From Candidatus Saccharimonadota bacterium (GTDB taxonomy: Archaea > Nanohalarchaeota > Nanosalinia > Nanosalinales > Nanosalinaceae): 32,000 nt of DNA. The notes beneath the pieces are model-generated. The model saw only the letters and a program-made list of their open reading frames with translations, was not told where the DNA came from and did no database searches. Shown here one piece after another: positions 17,972 through 27,114 of this stretch; within the stretch, counting starts at the first letter, position 1; every line of letters begins with the position of its first letter. The stretch covers positions 180,001-212,000 of the forward strand of contig NZ_CP107255.1 in NCBI RefSeq assembly GCF_029232205.1, in the 5' to 3' direction. A program made the position numbers and the translations under genes.

Positions 17972-18940
17972 CTATTTTTCTATGATCTTTACCTGATAAC
18001 CTGAGCCTACGTACTCCATGTGTTCATCGATTTTTTGCTTAAGTTTTTCTGAGAAATCAGTTGATCTCTTGAGCTTTCCTTTGTGCAGTACTGGAGGGTT
18101 TACTGATCTGGCCTTTGTTGTTACTGTCATGTCTGGGTCTTCGACCTCGGTTTCTATTTCAAACCCGTTTTTCAGTGTTTCAAGTTTATCTTTGATCTCT
18201 TGGTTGTCTGATTCTCTGAGTTTTTCCAGTACTTCGTCATCTGTGCCGAAGAGATCTTCTTCATTCATTATTCCTGTGTCAATGGCTTCACTAAGGGCCT
18301 GTGCGAACATCTTAATTATTACGACTTCCTTTGGATTGGCCCACCATTCTTCGTCTGCTTCCGCGTATTTTTCGGCGAACTCTACAGCTATATCTGGATC
18401 GTCAAGTACAAACATGCCATCTTCTACAGTCAGTGATTCTACGAATTGTTCTACTTTCCAGTCTCCGTAGCTCTTTGAGTCTCTGAGGAAATAGTCAATC
18501 CTGTCTGCGCATAGATCTGGTGCGTCTCTTTCCAGCAGGCCGAAATTTTCTTCGTCGAGAATATATTCGAGGTCGAGGCCGTGTTTTTCCAGTATTTCTG
18601 GTATTTCTGAGTCTTTTACTACTTTTTCGAGGAATCTGTCGTGGTATTCGTGGTCATCGGTGTCGAAAACGAAGTCTGCTGTGTGGGAAAATGCTGTGTG
18701 AGGTACGTCGTGTAGTAGGCCTGCTATCTGTTCTTCTATGCTGGCTCCATGATCTCTCAGTAGAAGAAATACTCCTATGGAGTGTTCGTACCGTGTCATC
18801 GGTTTTTTGTCCATGTAGAATGGTTGTGGCCCGGCTTGATGGACTTTTTTCAGTCTCTGGACTGGTTTGGAGTTGATTAGGTCGATGATTACTTCTTCTT
18901 TGATCTCTTTTTCTCCGTAGACACGGTCGTCAACTTTCAT
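17972..18940 (-). CDS. HD-domain phosphohydrolase (COG1078, SAMHD1/EF1143-like N-terminus)
   Basis: 322 aa. D.VYGEKEI...LINSKPVQRLKKVHQAG...TRYEHSIGV...LLHDVPHTAFSH parallels the SAMHD1-type pattern (QFQRL..I.Q.G, RFEHSLGV, LLHD.GH.PFSH). Confidence 0.8.
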   Translation of the reverse strand: MKVDDRVYGEKEIKEEVIIDLINSKPVQRLKKVHQAGPQPFYMDKKPMTRYEHSIGVFLLLRDHGASIEEQIAGLLHDVPHTAFSHTADFVFDTDDHEYHDRFLEKVVKDSEIPEILEKHGLDLEYILDEENFGLLERDAPDLCADRIDYFLRDSKSYGDWKVEQFVESLTVEDGMFVLDDPDIAVEFAEKYAEADEEWWANPKEVVIIKMFAQALSEAIDTGIMNEEDLFGTDDEVLEKLRESDNQEIKDKLETLKNGFEIETEVEDPDMTVTTKARSVNPPVLHKGKLKRSTDFSEKLKQKIDEHMEYVGSGYQVKIIEK

Positions 18941-18982
18941 GATTTGAAGAAGGAATGAAGAAAGATTTAATCCTTCGGGCCT

Positions 18983-20755
18983 CTAGAGGAATAGGTCTTC
19001 TGCTTTCTTCAGGTATCTTCTGTATTCCTGTATTGCTTCGTCGAATGTGTGTCTGTCGGCCTCTATGTCCATGATTTGGAGGGTTTCCAGTGGGTAGTTG
19101 CTGCCGCCGGATTTCAGGAATTCTAGGTAGTCTTGGTTTCTCCCGTCTTCTACGAGTTTTTCTCTGATGTTGGTTGCTGCGGAGATTCCTGTGGCGTACT
19201 GGTATACGTAGAAGTTGTAGTAGAAGTGTGGTATTCTCATCCATTCTCTTGCGATTCTGTCGTCTACGTCGGCGTTTTCGTAGTATTTTTCTTTGAGGTT
19301 TCTGTATTTTTCGTTGAGCATTCCTGATGTCAGTACTTCTCCATCTTCCACTGCTTCGTGTATCTCTTTCTCGAATTCAGCGAACATTGTCTGTCTGAAC
19401 AGCGTGTTTCTGAAGTTTTCCAGCTGGTAGTCCAGTGCGTGTTTCTTGAGTTCTTCGTTGTCTGTTTGTTTCAGCAGGTATTCTGTGAGGAGTTGTTCGT
19501 TCACTGTGGATGCGATCTCTGCCAGGAAGATTCCGTAGTTGCTGTAGATGTATGGCTGCTCTGATTCCGTGAAGTAGGAGTGCATGGAGTGGCCTAGTTC
19601 GTGGGCCAGTGTGTACATTGACTGGACGTCTTCGTGGAAGTTCATGAGGATGTATGGGTCTGTTCCGTATCCTCCTCCGCTGTAGGCTCCTGATCTTTTG
19701 CCTTTGTTTTCGTATACGTCTACCCATCCTGATTCAAGGCCTTTTCTGGCTGCTTCGACGTATTCTTCTCCCATTGGTTCGAGGGCATTTAGAATGTGTT
19801 CTTTGGCCTCTTCGTAGGTGATTTCTATGTCTGAGTCGGCCATTGGCATGTAGACGTCCCACATTTTCAGTTCGTCTACTCCGAGAACTTTTCTTTTCAG
19901 TTCCTGATGTCGGTGTAGCGGGTCGAAGTTTGAGTTCACGCTTTCTATCAGGTCGTTGAATACCTGTTCTGGTACGTTTTTGCCGTCGAGAGCGGATTCC
20001 AGTGATGAGTTGTAGTCTCTGATTTCTGCGAACTTTGAGTTTGTGCGGGCCTCTTTGTCGAGGCTCTGTGCTACTGTGTTGTCGAAGTCGTTGAATCTGT
20101 CGTAGAACTTGTTGAATACTTCTTCTCTGAGGCCTCTGTCGCTTTCTTTCAGTAGTTTTGTGAAGTTGGACTGTGTTATCTCAACTTTTTCTCCGTCTTT
20201 TTCGATTGAAGGGAATTCCAGATCTGCGTTGGTGAATGTGGAGTAGATGTCGCTGGGGCTGGAGAGTACTTCTCCAAGGTTGGATAGTATCTGTTCTATT
20301 TCCTCTGAGCGGGTGTGGTCTTTTTTGTCTCTTATTTTTTCCAGGAAGTGGCTGTATTCCTGTGTTTCTTCGCTTTCTGCCAGTTTCCGGTATTTTTCAT
20401 CTGAGGCCTCCTGTATTTCTACTTCTACGAAGCTTGTGTCTGATGATATTTTGCTGGAGAGGGAGCTGGCTCTTGCGGCAAGGGCCTGGTATTCTTCTTT
20501 TCTTGTGTCTTCGTCTCTGCGCATTCTGGCGTATGAGGATAGCTGGCTTACCAGGGTTTTTGCTTCCGAGTATTTGTCCATGAATTCGGAGAATTTTTCC
20601 GGCGAGTCTGTTAGCTGGCCTTGATATTTTTTGAGGCCTTCTGCAAGTTCTTTTGCTCTTTCAAAGTCTTTTTCCCATTGTTCTGTTGAGCTGTATACTT
20701 TTTCTACGTTCCATTTGTATTCTTCAGAAATTTCTTCCCGCTCTTTTACTGACAT
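18983..20755 (-). CDS. pepF: oligoendopeptidase F (M3B)
   Basis: 590 aa with HELGHSMH zinc motif and a PepF-like N-terminus (YKWNVEKVYSS...W.KDFE). Confidence 0.9.
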   Translation of the reverse strand: MSVKEREEISEEYKWNVEKVYSSTEQWEKDFERAKELAEGLKKYQGQLTDSPEKFSEFMDKYSEAKTLVSQLSSYARMRRDEDTRKEEYQALAARASSLSSKISSDTSFVEVEIQEASDEKYRKLAESEETQEYSHFLEKIRDKKDHTRSEEIEQILSNLGEVLSSPSDIYSTFTNADLEFPSIEKDGEKVEITQSNFTKLLKESDRGLREEVFNKFYDRFNDFDNTVAQSLDKEARTNSKFAEIRDYNSSLESALDGKNVPEQVFNDLIESVNSNFDPLHRHQELKRKVLGVDELKMWDVYMPMADSDIEITYEEAKEHILNALEPMGEEYVEAARKGLESGWVDVYENKGKRSGAYSGGGYGTDPYILMNFHEDVQSMYTLAHELGHSMHSYFTESEQPYIYSNYGIFLAEIASTVNEQLLTEYLLKQTDNEELKKHALDYQLENFRNTLFRQTMFAEFEKEIHEAVEDGEVLTSGMLNEKYRNLKEKYYENADVDDRIAREWMRIPHFYYNFYVYQYATGISAATNIREKLVEDGRNQDYLEFLKSGGSNYPLETLQIMDIEADRHTFDEAIQEYRRYLKKAEDLFL

Positions 20756-20786
20756 ACATGTGTCTGGGCCTTAGAAAGATAAAAAA

Positions 20787-21311
20787 TCAATGCTTTGAAT
20801 GTTGTTTGAGGAATTTTCTGAGGTTGTCGGATTCGAGTTCCTCGCCGGTTTCTTCCAGTTCTTCGATGTTCCAGTACTTGGCGTCCTGTGCGTCGTCTCC
20901 GGCCTCCAGTTCTCCTTCTACTTTGTCAAGGTCTGCTGTGAATGTGATTACTATGACGTGTTTTCCATCGGGGTGTTTTACCATGAGGTTGTCCAGTAGC
21001 TGGAGGTTTTCCGGTGATATTTTGAGGTTGGTTTCTTCTTCGAGTTCTCTGGCTGCGGCTTTTACTGGTTCTTCGTCTCGTTCGATGAATCCTGCGGGTA
21101 TGCTCCATGAATCTATGTGAGGCCAGTTCCCTCTTTTTATCAGGAGAATTTCGTCGTCTTTTTTGAGAAGTACTCCGGCGGCAGGTTTTGGGTTGCGCCA
21201 GATTACTTTTTCACACGTGTTGCAGTAGAGTCTGCTACGTTCCTCTACTTCTCTGGATCCAAGTTCTGATCCGCATTCTGGGCAGTGTTTAGCGTCTGCT
21301 GCAGCTATCAT
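20787..21311 (-). CDS. NUDIX hydrolase with N-terminal zinc ribbon
   Basis: CPECG...(x)...CNTC zinc ribbon followed by the Nudix box GFIERDEEPVKAAARELEEETNL. ATGA overlap with the upstream gene (21308..21311). Confidence 0.85.
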   Translation of the reverse strand: MIAAADAKHCPECGSELGSREVEERSRLYCNTCEKVIWRNPKPAAGVLLKKDDEILLIKRGNWPHIDSWSIPAGFIERDEEPVKAAARELEEETNLKISPENLQLLDNLMVKHPDGKHVIVITFTADLDKVEGELEAGDDAQDAKYWNIEELEETGEELESDNLRKFLKQHSKH

Positions 21312-22216
21312 TGTTCTGGGTAATCCTCTTTGACGCCTTCTACTTCGAACCAGGGTACTTCTGTCAGCGCCGGGATGTGTGTTTCTATGTGGTGCTCCCA
21401 GACTCCTTGTTCTCCGAAGGCCTCTCCGTGGTCTGATGTAACTACTACTTTTCCGTCAAGTTCCTGTACCAGTTCTGCTACTTGCTCCATGGCGAGCCTC
21501 AGATTTTCTTCGTAGTATTCTTCGAGTGTCTCGCGGGTGCCGTTCCGGCCTACAGATAGAAGGCTTGAAGGATCAAGTTCTACCCACATTCCTAGTTTCA
21601 TTGCGAGGGTGCTGTCCTCTACTACGTCCTCGAATTTTGGCCTTACCACGTCTCCTACTGTAGATAGTATTCCATCCTCTTCATCATTTTTCTCTCCGGC
21701 CTCTTTCGCTTCTTTGAAGCTTTTTCTTATCTTCTCTACTTTGCGGCCTCTACCTTTGGTTATGTAAGGTGCGTGTGGCTGCATGTAGTGGATGATTGTT
21801 CTTTCAGTGTCCTCTGTTCTGTCGAGGTTGTCGAGTACTACTCTGTTCATTCCTTCCGGTGTTACTGTTCCAAGGTCGTCGTCCCAGGCCTCATGCCATA
21901 CATCTACTATGTCTGTTATGTGGTCTTTTCCGTTCCATTCGTAGCCACAGCTTGAGCCCCATTCTATTTCGTTGAGTGGTAGGCCTGCTCCGTTGATGAA
22001 GGGATTGGATGAGAAGTATGTGATGTCGTGTCTTCCGGTGAATGTTTTGGAGGCCCATTCTGGTGTTGAGGATGCCACGCTTTTTCGTTTCTCAAGGTTG
22101 CCTTTGAGGTAGTCGCTGTAGACTTGTTCGAAGAAGTCGTATCTGCACGCGTCTAGGATTATAAGGTAATCCCAGTCCTCTTCCAGAGGTTTCTGATCCT
22201 TCATATAACGACTCAT
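21308..22216 (-). CDS. alkaline-phosphatase-superfamily protein (sulfatase/phosphodiesterase-like core), cytoplasmic
   Basis: 302 aa. YLIILDACRYD near the N-terminus and VVVTSDHGEAFGE near the C-terminus are metal-ligand motifs typical of the AP superfamily. I see no signal peptide and do not recognise the subfamily. Confidence 0.6.
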   Translation of the reverse strand: MSRYMKDQKPLEEDWDYLIILDACRYDFFEQVYSDYLKGNLEKRKSVASSTPEWASKTFTGRHDITYFSSNPFINGAGLPLNEIEWGSSCGYEWNGKDHITDIVDVWHEAWDDDLGTVTPEGMNRVVLDNLDRTEDTERTIIHYMQPHAPYITKGRGRKVEKIRKSFKEAKEAGEKNDEEDGILSTVGDVVRPKFEDVVEDSTLAMKLGMWVELDPSSLLSVGRNGTRETLEEYYEENLRLAMEQVAELVQELDGKVVVTSDHGEAFGEQGVWEHHIETHIPALTEVPWFEVEGVKEDYPEQ

Positions 22217-22267
22217 TTGTCATCTAGCTTTAAGAATAAAAGCCATTTTTCCTATCGCTATCGTTGT

Positions 22268-24928
22268 TTAAAGGACTCTGTTGCCGAATTTTCTGGAGAG
22301 GACTCTTCTGTAGCTATATTCGAGGACTGTGAACACTCCTAGTACTGCTGCTACCTGTATCCAGTGCTGTGGGCCTAGAGGCACTACTCTAAAGACATCC
22401 GATAGCGGTGTGTAAAGGATTGCTAGATGGGTGAGTGATGCAAAGAGGATAGCTGCGATCAGGTACTTATTGTCTGTTAGTTTGAGGCCGTAGTCTCTTC
22501 TGATTACTTGGAACATCATTATTTCGAAGAATGCCAGGGCCATGAACAGCATTGTCTGGGCGTGTGCGAAGTTCTCAATGTTGAGGAAGAATACGGGCAG
22601 CATTACTAGTGCTGCGAGAGGCCCTGTTACCGCAATCATTCCAAGGATCTTTTTGTCGAGGATTGGCTGGTCTGGATCTCTCGGATTTCTCTCCATTATT
22701 CCCTCTACCTTTGGGTCTTCTCCCAGTGCTATTGCTGGCGGGCCGTCGCTTGCGAAGTTTACCCATAGGATCATTAACGCAGTTAGGACTACTGCGTCAC
22801 CGCTTGCAAAGTATTCTGGGTAGAAGAGGCCTCCTATAAGTGTGCCGAGGAATACGAACATTACTTCTCCTGAGTTAGTGGATAGAAGCTGGTTAGTAAC
22901 CTTTCTGATATTATCAAATATTGCTCGGCCTTCTGAAATTGCGTCTCTTATTGTTACGAAGTTGTCGTCCTGTAGTACCATGTCAGAGCTTTTCTTTGCG
23001 ACGTCTGTTCCTCTCTGGCCCATCGCTACACCTACATCCGAGTTTTTGAGGGCCGGCGCATCGTTTACTCCGTCTCCGGTCATTGCTACGTTGTAGCCCT
23101 GGGCCTGTAGTGCTTCAAGTATTCTTACTTTGTGTTCGGGGGAGACTCTTGCAAATATCTCGACTTCCATGACTTTTTCCTGAAGCTCTTCATCACTCAT
23201 TTCCTCTATTTCCGGGCCTCTCATTGCGCCTTCCGGGTTGAATCCGAGTTCCTTTCCGATGGCCTTTGCTGTTTCAATGTTGTCGCCTGTAGCCATTACC
23301 ACTCCGATACCTGCGTTTCTGCAGTCTCCTACTGCTTCTTTTACTTCTTCTCTGGCTGGATCCATCATTCCCTGGAGGCCCAGGAATACCATGTCTGACT
23401 CTATTTCTTCGTCCTCTTCGTCACCTTTGACTTCTTTTCTTGCGAATCCGAGTACTCTTAGTGCGTCTCTGGCGAACTCGTGGTTTTTGTCCTTCAGTTC
23501 CTGTCTTTTTTCGTCGGTCAGCTCTTTTTCCTCGCCGTCTTCAAGTATTCTGTCGCATCTTTCCAGTACTGCTCCTGGAGCACCCTTCATGTAGGCCTGA
23601 TTGTCCTCTGTTACCACAGTCATTTTTTTTCTGTCGGAGGAGAAAGGAATGCTCTTCTTTCTCTTCTTATTGTCTTCAAGGCCTGCTTTTTTGGCTGATA
23701 CAAGTAGCGCGATTTCTGTTGGTTCACCCATGAATCCATCTTCTGTCATCTCCGAGTTGTTGCAGTACATTCCACATTCAAGAAGTGGTTCAAGGTATTC
23801 TGAGTCTGTTTCATGTCCGTCTCTTTTGAATCGGCCTTCTGTAGAAGTTCCTGTGCCTGTTACCTGGAATTCTTCCCCCTGGAAGTACATGGTTTCGACA
23901 GTCATTGCGCCTTCTGTCAGAGTCCCGGTTTTATCTGTTACAATGTAGTTTACGGATCCAAGGGCCTCTACTACAGGAAGTCTCCTGACCAGCGCGTCTT
24001 TCTCCAGTAGTTTTCTGGATCCGAGGGCCAGGGTCAGTGTTACGATTGCAGGAAGTGATTCTGGTATTGCTGCGACGGAAAGGCCTATCGCCAGTATTAG
24101 TATGGTTATTGCGTCTGCTCCTGTGAGTGCAAACTGCAGGAGGGCTACGAATGAAATAATTCCTACTACGAGGGCGCCGATTCTTTTGCCCATTTTGTCA
24201 ACTTCTTCTTCAAAAGGTGTCTGGCCTTTTTCGGCCTCGTCAAGCTCCTCTGCGATGTCGCCTACTTCTGTATCCATTCCTGTGGCGGTGACAACTGCTT
24301 TCCCACGGCCTTTGACCACGTGCGTGTTCATGAAGACCATGTTTTTCCTATCCGCGACTGCGGAGTTTTCCTCTGACTGGCCTGGCTGCTTGGAGATTTC
24401 ATGGCTTTCTCCTGTAAGTGCTGATTCATCTACTTCCAGGGCATCGGCCTCTATCAGTCTTGCATCTGCAGGTACAGCATCTCCCTGCTCCAGAAATACA
24501 ATGTCTCCAGGAACTACATCTTTCGAGCTTATTTCCTTCTTTTTGCCCCCTCTCATTACTGTGGCATTAGGTTTAGCCATTTTTTTCAGGGCCTGTATCG
24601 ATTTCTCAGCCTTGTAATCCTGTATAAATCCGAAGGTTCCGTTTGCAATCAGAATCAAAAATATTACTCCAGCTTCTCTGTACTCTGGGCTGTGTTCTGG
24701 TAGAAGGCCGATTCCAAGTGAGAGAGCGCCTGCTACGAAAAGCAGGTAGATCAGGTTGTCCTGAAACTGGCTGAGAAATATCTTCAGAGGTGATGTGGAG
24801 TCGTCGCTTTCAATTACGTTTTTTCCTTCCTCTTCTATCCGGGATTCTGCTTCTTCCTGTGTCAGGCCTTCTTCCTCAGTTTCTAGATGTGATAGGACTT
24901 CTTTCAGAGGTTTGCTGTGGAGGCCCAT
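22268..24928 (-). CDS. P2-type cation-transporting ATPase (Ca2+/SERCA-PMCA-like)
   Basis: 886 aa with TGES, DKTGTLT, IPESLPAIVTLTLALG (P2A-like M4), MATGDN and TGDGVNDAPALK motifs. Confidence 0.93.
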   Translation of the reverse strand: MGLHSKPLKEVLSHLETEEEGLTQEEAESRIEEEGKNVIESDDSTSPLKIFLSQFQDNLIYLLFVAGALSLGIGLLPEHSPEYREAGVIFLILIANGTFGFIQDYKAEKSIQALKKMAKPNATVMRGGKKKEISSKDVVPGDIVFLEQGDAVPADARLIEADALEVDESALTGESHEISKQPGQSEENSAVADRKNMVFMNTHVVKGRGKAVVTATGMDTEVGDIAEELDEAEKGQTPFEEEVDKMGKRIGALVVGIISFVALLQFALTGADAITILILAIGLSVAAIPESLPAIVTLTLALGSRKLLEKDALVRRLPVVEALGSVNYIVTDKTGTLTEGAMTVETMYFQGEEFQVTGTGTSTEGRFKRDGHETDSEYLEPLLECGMYCNNSEMTEDGFMGEPTEIALLVSAKKAGLEDNKKRKKSIPFSSDRKKMTVVTEDNQAYMKGAPGAVLERCDRILEDGEEKELTDEKRQELKDKNHEFARDALRVLGFARKEVKGDEEDEEIESDMVFLGLQGMMDPAREEVKEAVGDCRNAGIGVVMATGDNIETAKAIGKELGFNPEGAMRGPEIEEMSDEELQEKVMEVEIFARVSPEHKVRILEALQAQGYNVAMTGDGVNDAPALKNSDVGVAMGQRGTDVAKKSSDMVLQDDNFVTIRDAISEGRAIFDNIRKVTNQLLSTNSGEVMFVFLGTLIGGLFYPEYFASGDAVVLTALMILWVNFASDGPPAIALGEDPKVEGIMERNPRDPDQPILDKKILGMIAVTGPLAALVMLPVFFLNIENFAHAQTMLFMALAFFEIMMFQVIRRDYGLKLTDNKYLIAAILFASLTHLAILYTPLSDVFRVVPLGPQHWIQVAAVLGVFTVLEYSYRRVLSRKFGNRVL

Positions 24929-24995
24929 ATTACTGAATATTATTTTCTTCTTGCTTAAAAGAGGTGTTGTAAGAAGTTGTTTTTTGGAGAATGAA

Positions 24996-25165
24996 AGCCA
25001 TGTGGCGCATGGCTTGTGATGATAAAACTTTCAGAAGTTTTGCGGCCGAAGCAACTATGTTGCTTCTTAAAGCACTTTTTCCGCAGGAAAAGTGCGGCGT
25101 CCGGGATCAGTGACGGATGTGACGATGCGGAAGGGGGTTAGAAAGTCGGTTGCACAACAACCGAC
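24996..25165. other. cluster of four perfect stem-loops in the ATPase/integrase divergent intergenic region
   Basis: H1 24996..25014 agccatg-tggcg-catggct. H2 25048..25066 gaagcaac-tat-gttgcttc. H3 25072..25095 gcactttt-tccgcagg-aaaagtgc. H4 25145..25165 gtcggttg-cacaa-caaccgac. Stems are 7-8 bp with no mismatches. No tRNA cloverleaf could be drawn. Confidence 0.7.
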
Positions 25166-25190
25166 CGACACGCATCGTGAAACAACAACC

Positions 25191-26726
25191 ATGACAAACT
25201 ACGACAGTTCCGACATACACAGAAGACTCGAAACCCTCAAAAACAAAAACTGCGTCTCACAACGCAACGCACAACTTCTCGACGAGTTCGTAGAAGAACT
25301 CCAGGCAAGAGACGGCACAAGCGACAGCAGAACAGTCTGGTACATCTCCAAATTCTCCACAATCCTACAACAATACCTTCGAAAAGACAGGTTCGAGAAA
25401 GACACACGGATCGACAGAACACTGGAACACGACCAGCTGGACGAACTCACCAAGTCCGACCTACTCGCAGTAATCGGCGTGATGAAGAAACTGCCGATGA
25501 ACGACCTCTGGACAGAAAGAGCAGAAACCAAAGACGGAATCCTCACACCACTACAGGCTAAAGAAAGGCTTTCAGAGGAAGCATTCAACAGCCTGGAAAA
25601 GATCGACTCCGACTCCATGAAATACAAGGACTACGAACCCAGCGAAGAAATCTTCAACCAACTCCAAGACTACTCTGCAGCAAAAGTAGAAGACGGCGAC
25701 TACAAGCTTACAGAGTTCGGAGAGAACATCAAAGATGTCAGCGAACCTGAGAAGTATGCAGAGAAAACCATGAACGGGTTCAAGACCGCCTTCAAGATGT
25801 TTCTCAAACTCCGCCACCCCTTGAAGATGGACAGACCACGGAGAGTCAAGAGAATCATCCAGTCAGGAATCCTCAAAGGCAACACAGACGCAGACAGAAA
25901 AACCGAACTACACCTGTTCAGCCCCGAACAAATCTGGAAAATGGTTGAGGCAGCGAGAAACCCTAGAGACGCTCTACTGCCAATCCTATGTCTGGACGCA
26001 GGAGCCAGGAACAAGGAAATCAGGAAAGTAAAGCTCTCCGACATCGAAAAGCAGTCCGAAACATGGATAGTCGAGTTCATCGACTCCAAAAACGGAAAAC
26101 CGCCAAGAGACCTGCCACTGACACACTGTATCGAACAGCTACGGGCATGGCTCGAAAGCCACCCACGGAAAGACGATCCTGACGCTCCACTGTTCGTAAC
26201 ACTTAACGACAAGGGCGACGGAGAGAAAGGCAGCGAACTCAAGAAAGAAAACATCAACAAGATCCTGAAACGGTTAGCCAAGAGAGCAGACGTAGTAGAC
26301 AATCCAGAAACTGTCAAAGTCTACGATTTCAGGCACTCATCCGCCACATTCAGAGGCACAGAGCAGGACTGGGGAGTATCCAGGATGATGTACTGGTATG
26401 CGTGGAAAAAGCCAGACCGGGCGAAAACCTACTGCCACGAGGATAACAAGCGGATGACAGAAGCTATCTTGAAAGACAAAGGAATCAAGACCGAGGACAA
26501 CAGCAATAACTCGATGCAGATGCAGGAATGCCCACGCTGCGAGGAAAAACGACCCGCCAACGCCGAATACTGCCCAAAATGCTCTCTACCTTTGGACAGC
26601 GAGACAGCCATGAGAGACGCAGACCTCAAGAAAGCAGCCAAAATCCTCGTAGACATGAAACTTGACGAAAAAATCGAAGACGAAGAACTCAAAGGACGCC
26701 TACAACGAGTCAGAGAAGGAATCTAA
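25191..26726 (+). CDS. tyrosine recombinase / phage-type integrase with C-terminal zinc ribbon
   Basis: Catalytic-domain motifs LDAGARNKEI (Arg I), VYDFRHSSATF (HxxR-type box) and a late Tyr (RAKTYCH). C-terminal CPRC-x11-CPKC ribbon. The ORF is open from a GTG at 25092, but that start lies inside stem-loop H3 and the leader crosses H4, so I prefer the ATG at 25191 (MTNYDSS...). Confidence 0.85.
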   Translation: MTNYDSSDIHRRLETLKNKNCVSQRNAQLLDEFVEELQARDGTSDSRTVWYISKFSTILQQYLRKDRFEKDTRIDRTLEHDQLDELTKSDLLAVIGVMKKLPMNDLWTERAETKDGILTPLQAKERLSEEAFNSLEKIDSDSMKYKDYEPSEEIFNQLQDYSAAKVEDGDYKLTEFGENIKDVSEPEKYAEKTMNGFKTAFKMFLKLRHPLKMDRPRRVKRIIQSGILKGNTDADRKTELHLFSPEQIWKMVEAARNPRDALLPILCLDAGARNKEIRKVKLSDIEKQSETWIVEFIDSKNGKPPRDLPLTHCIEQLRAWLESHPRKDDPDAPLFVTLNDKGDGEKGSELKKENINKILKRLAKRADVVDNPETVKVYDFRHSSATFRGTEQDWGVSRMMYWYAWKKPDRAKTYCHEDNKRMTEAILKDKGIKTEDNSNNSMQMQECPRCEEKRPANAEYCPKCSLPLDSETAMRDADLKKAAKILVDMKLDEKIEDEELKGRLQRVREGI

Positions 26727-26730
26727 ACAC

Positions 26731-26756
26731 TTCCTCTCTCCTTTTTTCTTTCCCCC
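26731..26756 (+). terminator. pyrimidine/oligo-T tract downstream of the integrase (archaeal-type termination signal)
   Basis: ttcctctctccttttttctttccccc, with a T6 run at 26742..26747, begins 5 nt after the integrase stop. Confidence 0.35.
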
Positions 26757-26845
26757 GTTGAAAACTTTCTAAACAGTTGTACCCGAGTGTAATATTGAGG
26801 GGTTATTTTCGGTACAGAGGGAGGAGCTTTCACAATGAGTAGTTC

Positions 26846-27079
26846 TTATAATAAATCATAGATGTCGATTCCCCACTTCTCGCATTCTTTCTTCGGTTCC
26901 GTGACCTGTTTACGGAGTTCCTTCATCTTTTCCTGTCGAAGCTGTCTGTGCCTGTCCATCTCCTCCACAGCAGTATGGTAAGCCTCTCCCACCTGCTTAT
27001 TACCCAAGTCGTTCCGCTCCAGCAGCTTCTTATCCTGCTTCGTAATATGGATACTCGTCGTGCCCGTGTCAAAGCCCAT
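26846..27079 (-). CDS. small ribbon-helix-helix-like DNA-binding protein
   Basis: 77 aa from the ATG (MGFDTGTTSIHITKQDKKLLERNDLG...). The N-terminal strand-helix pattern resembles CopG/Arc-type RHH and is followed by a charged helix. A TATA-like tttata lies 26-31 nt upstream of this ATG. The track start (GTG 27094) is less likely. Confidence 0.55.
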   Translation of the reverse strand: MGFDTGTTSIHITKQDKKLLERNDLGNKQVGEAYHTAVEEMDRHRQLRQEKMKELRKQVTEPKKECEKWGIDIYDLL

Positions 27080-27091
27080 ACAGAAAGCGGA

Positions 27092-27108
27092 CACTATATC
27101 GCACTATA
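27092..27108. promoter_or_regulatory. direct repeat CACTATA-N3-CACTATA overlapping the RHH gene TATA region
   Basis: CACTATA occurs at 27092..27098 and 27102..27108, a 10-nt period. The reverse complement of the second copy contributes the tttata box of the minus-strand RHH gene. Confidence 0.4.
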
Positions 27109-27114
27109 AACCTA

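Noticed and set aside
25015-25022. C-box-like GTGATGA suggesting a C/D box sRNA
   Set aside because: No CTGA D box occurs at the expected 45-70 nt downstream on the same strand, and there is no terminal stem pairing.
25092-25190. N-terminal 33-codon extension of the integrase ORF (GTG start at 25092)
   Set aside because: The start would lie inside stem-loop H3 and the extension would be translated through H4. The extension is Arg/Thr-rich and unlike integrase N-termini. The ATG at 25191 gives a normal N-terminus.
24930-25190. A tRNA gene as the integration target next to the integrase
   Set aside because: I could not assemble an acceptor stem with matching 3' end, a T-loop (GTTCRANYC-like) or an anticodon arm on either strand. 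The hairpins have unrelated stems and the wrong spacing. This needs tRNAscan or ARAGORN to be definitive.
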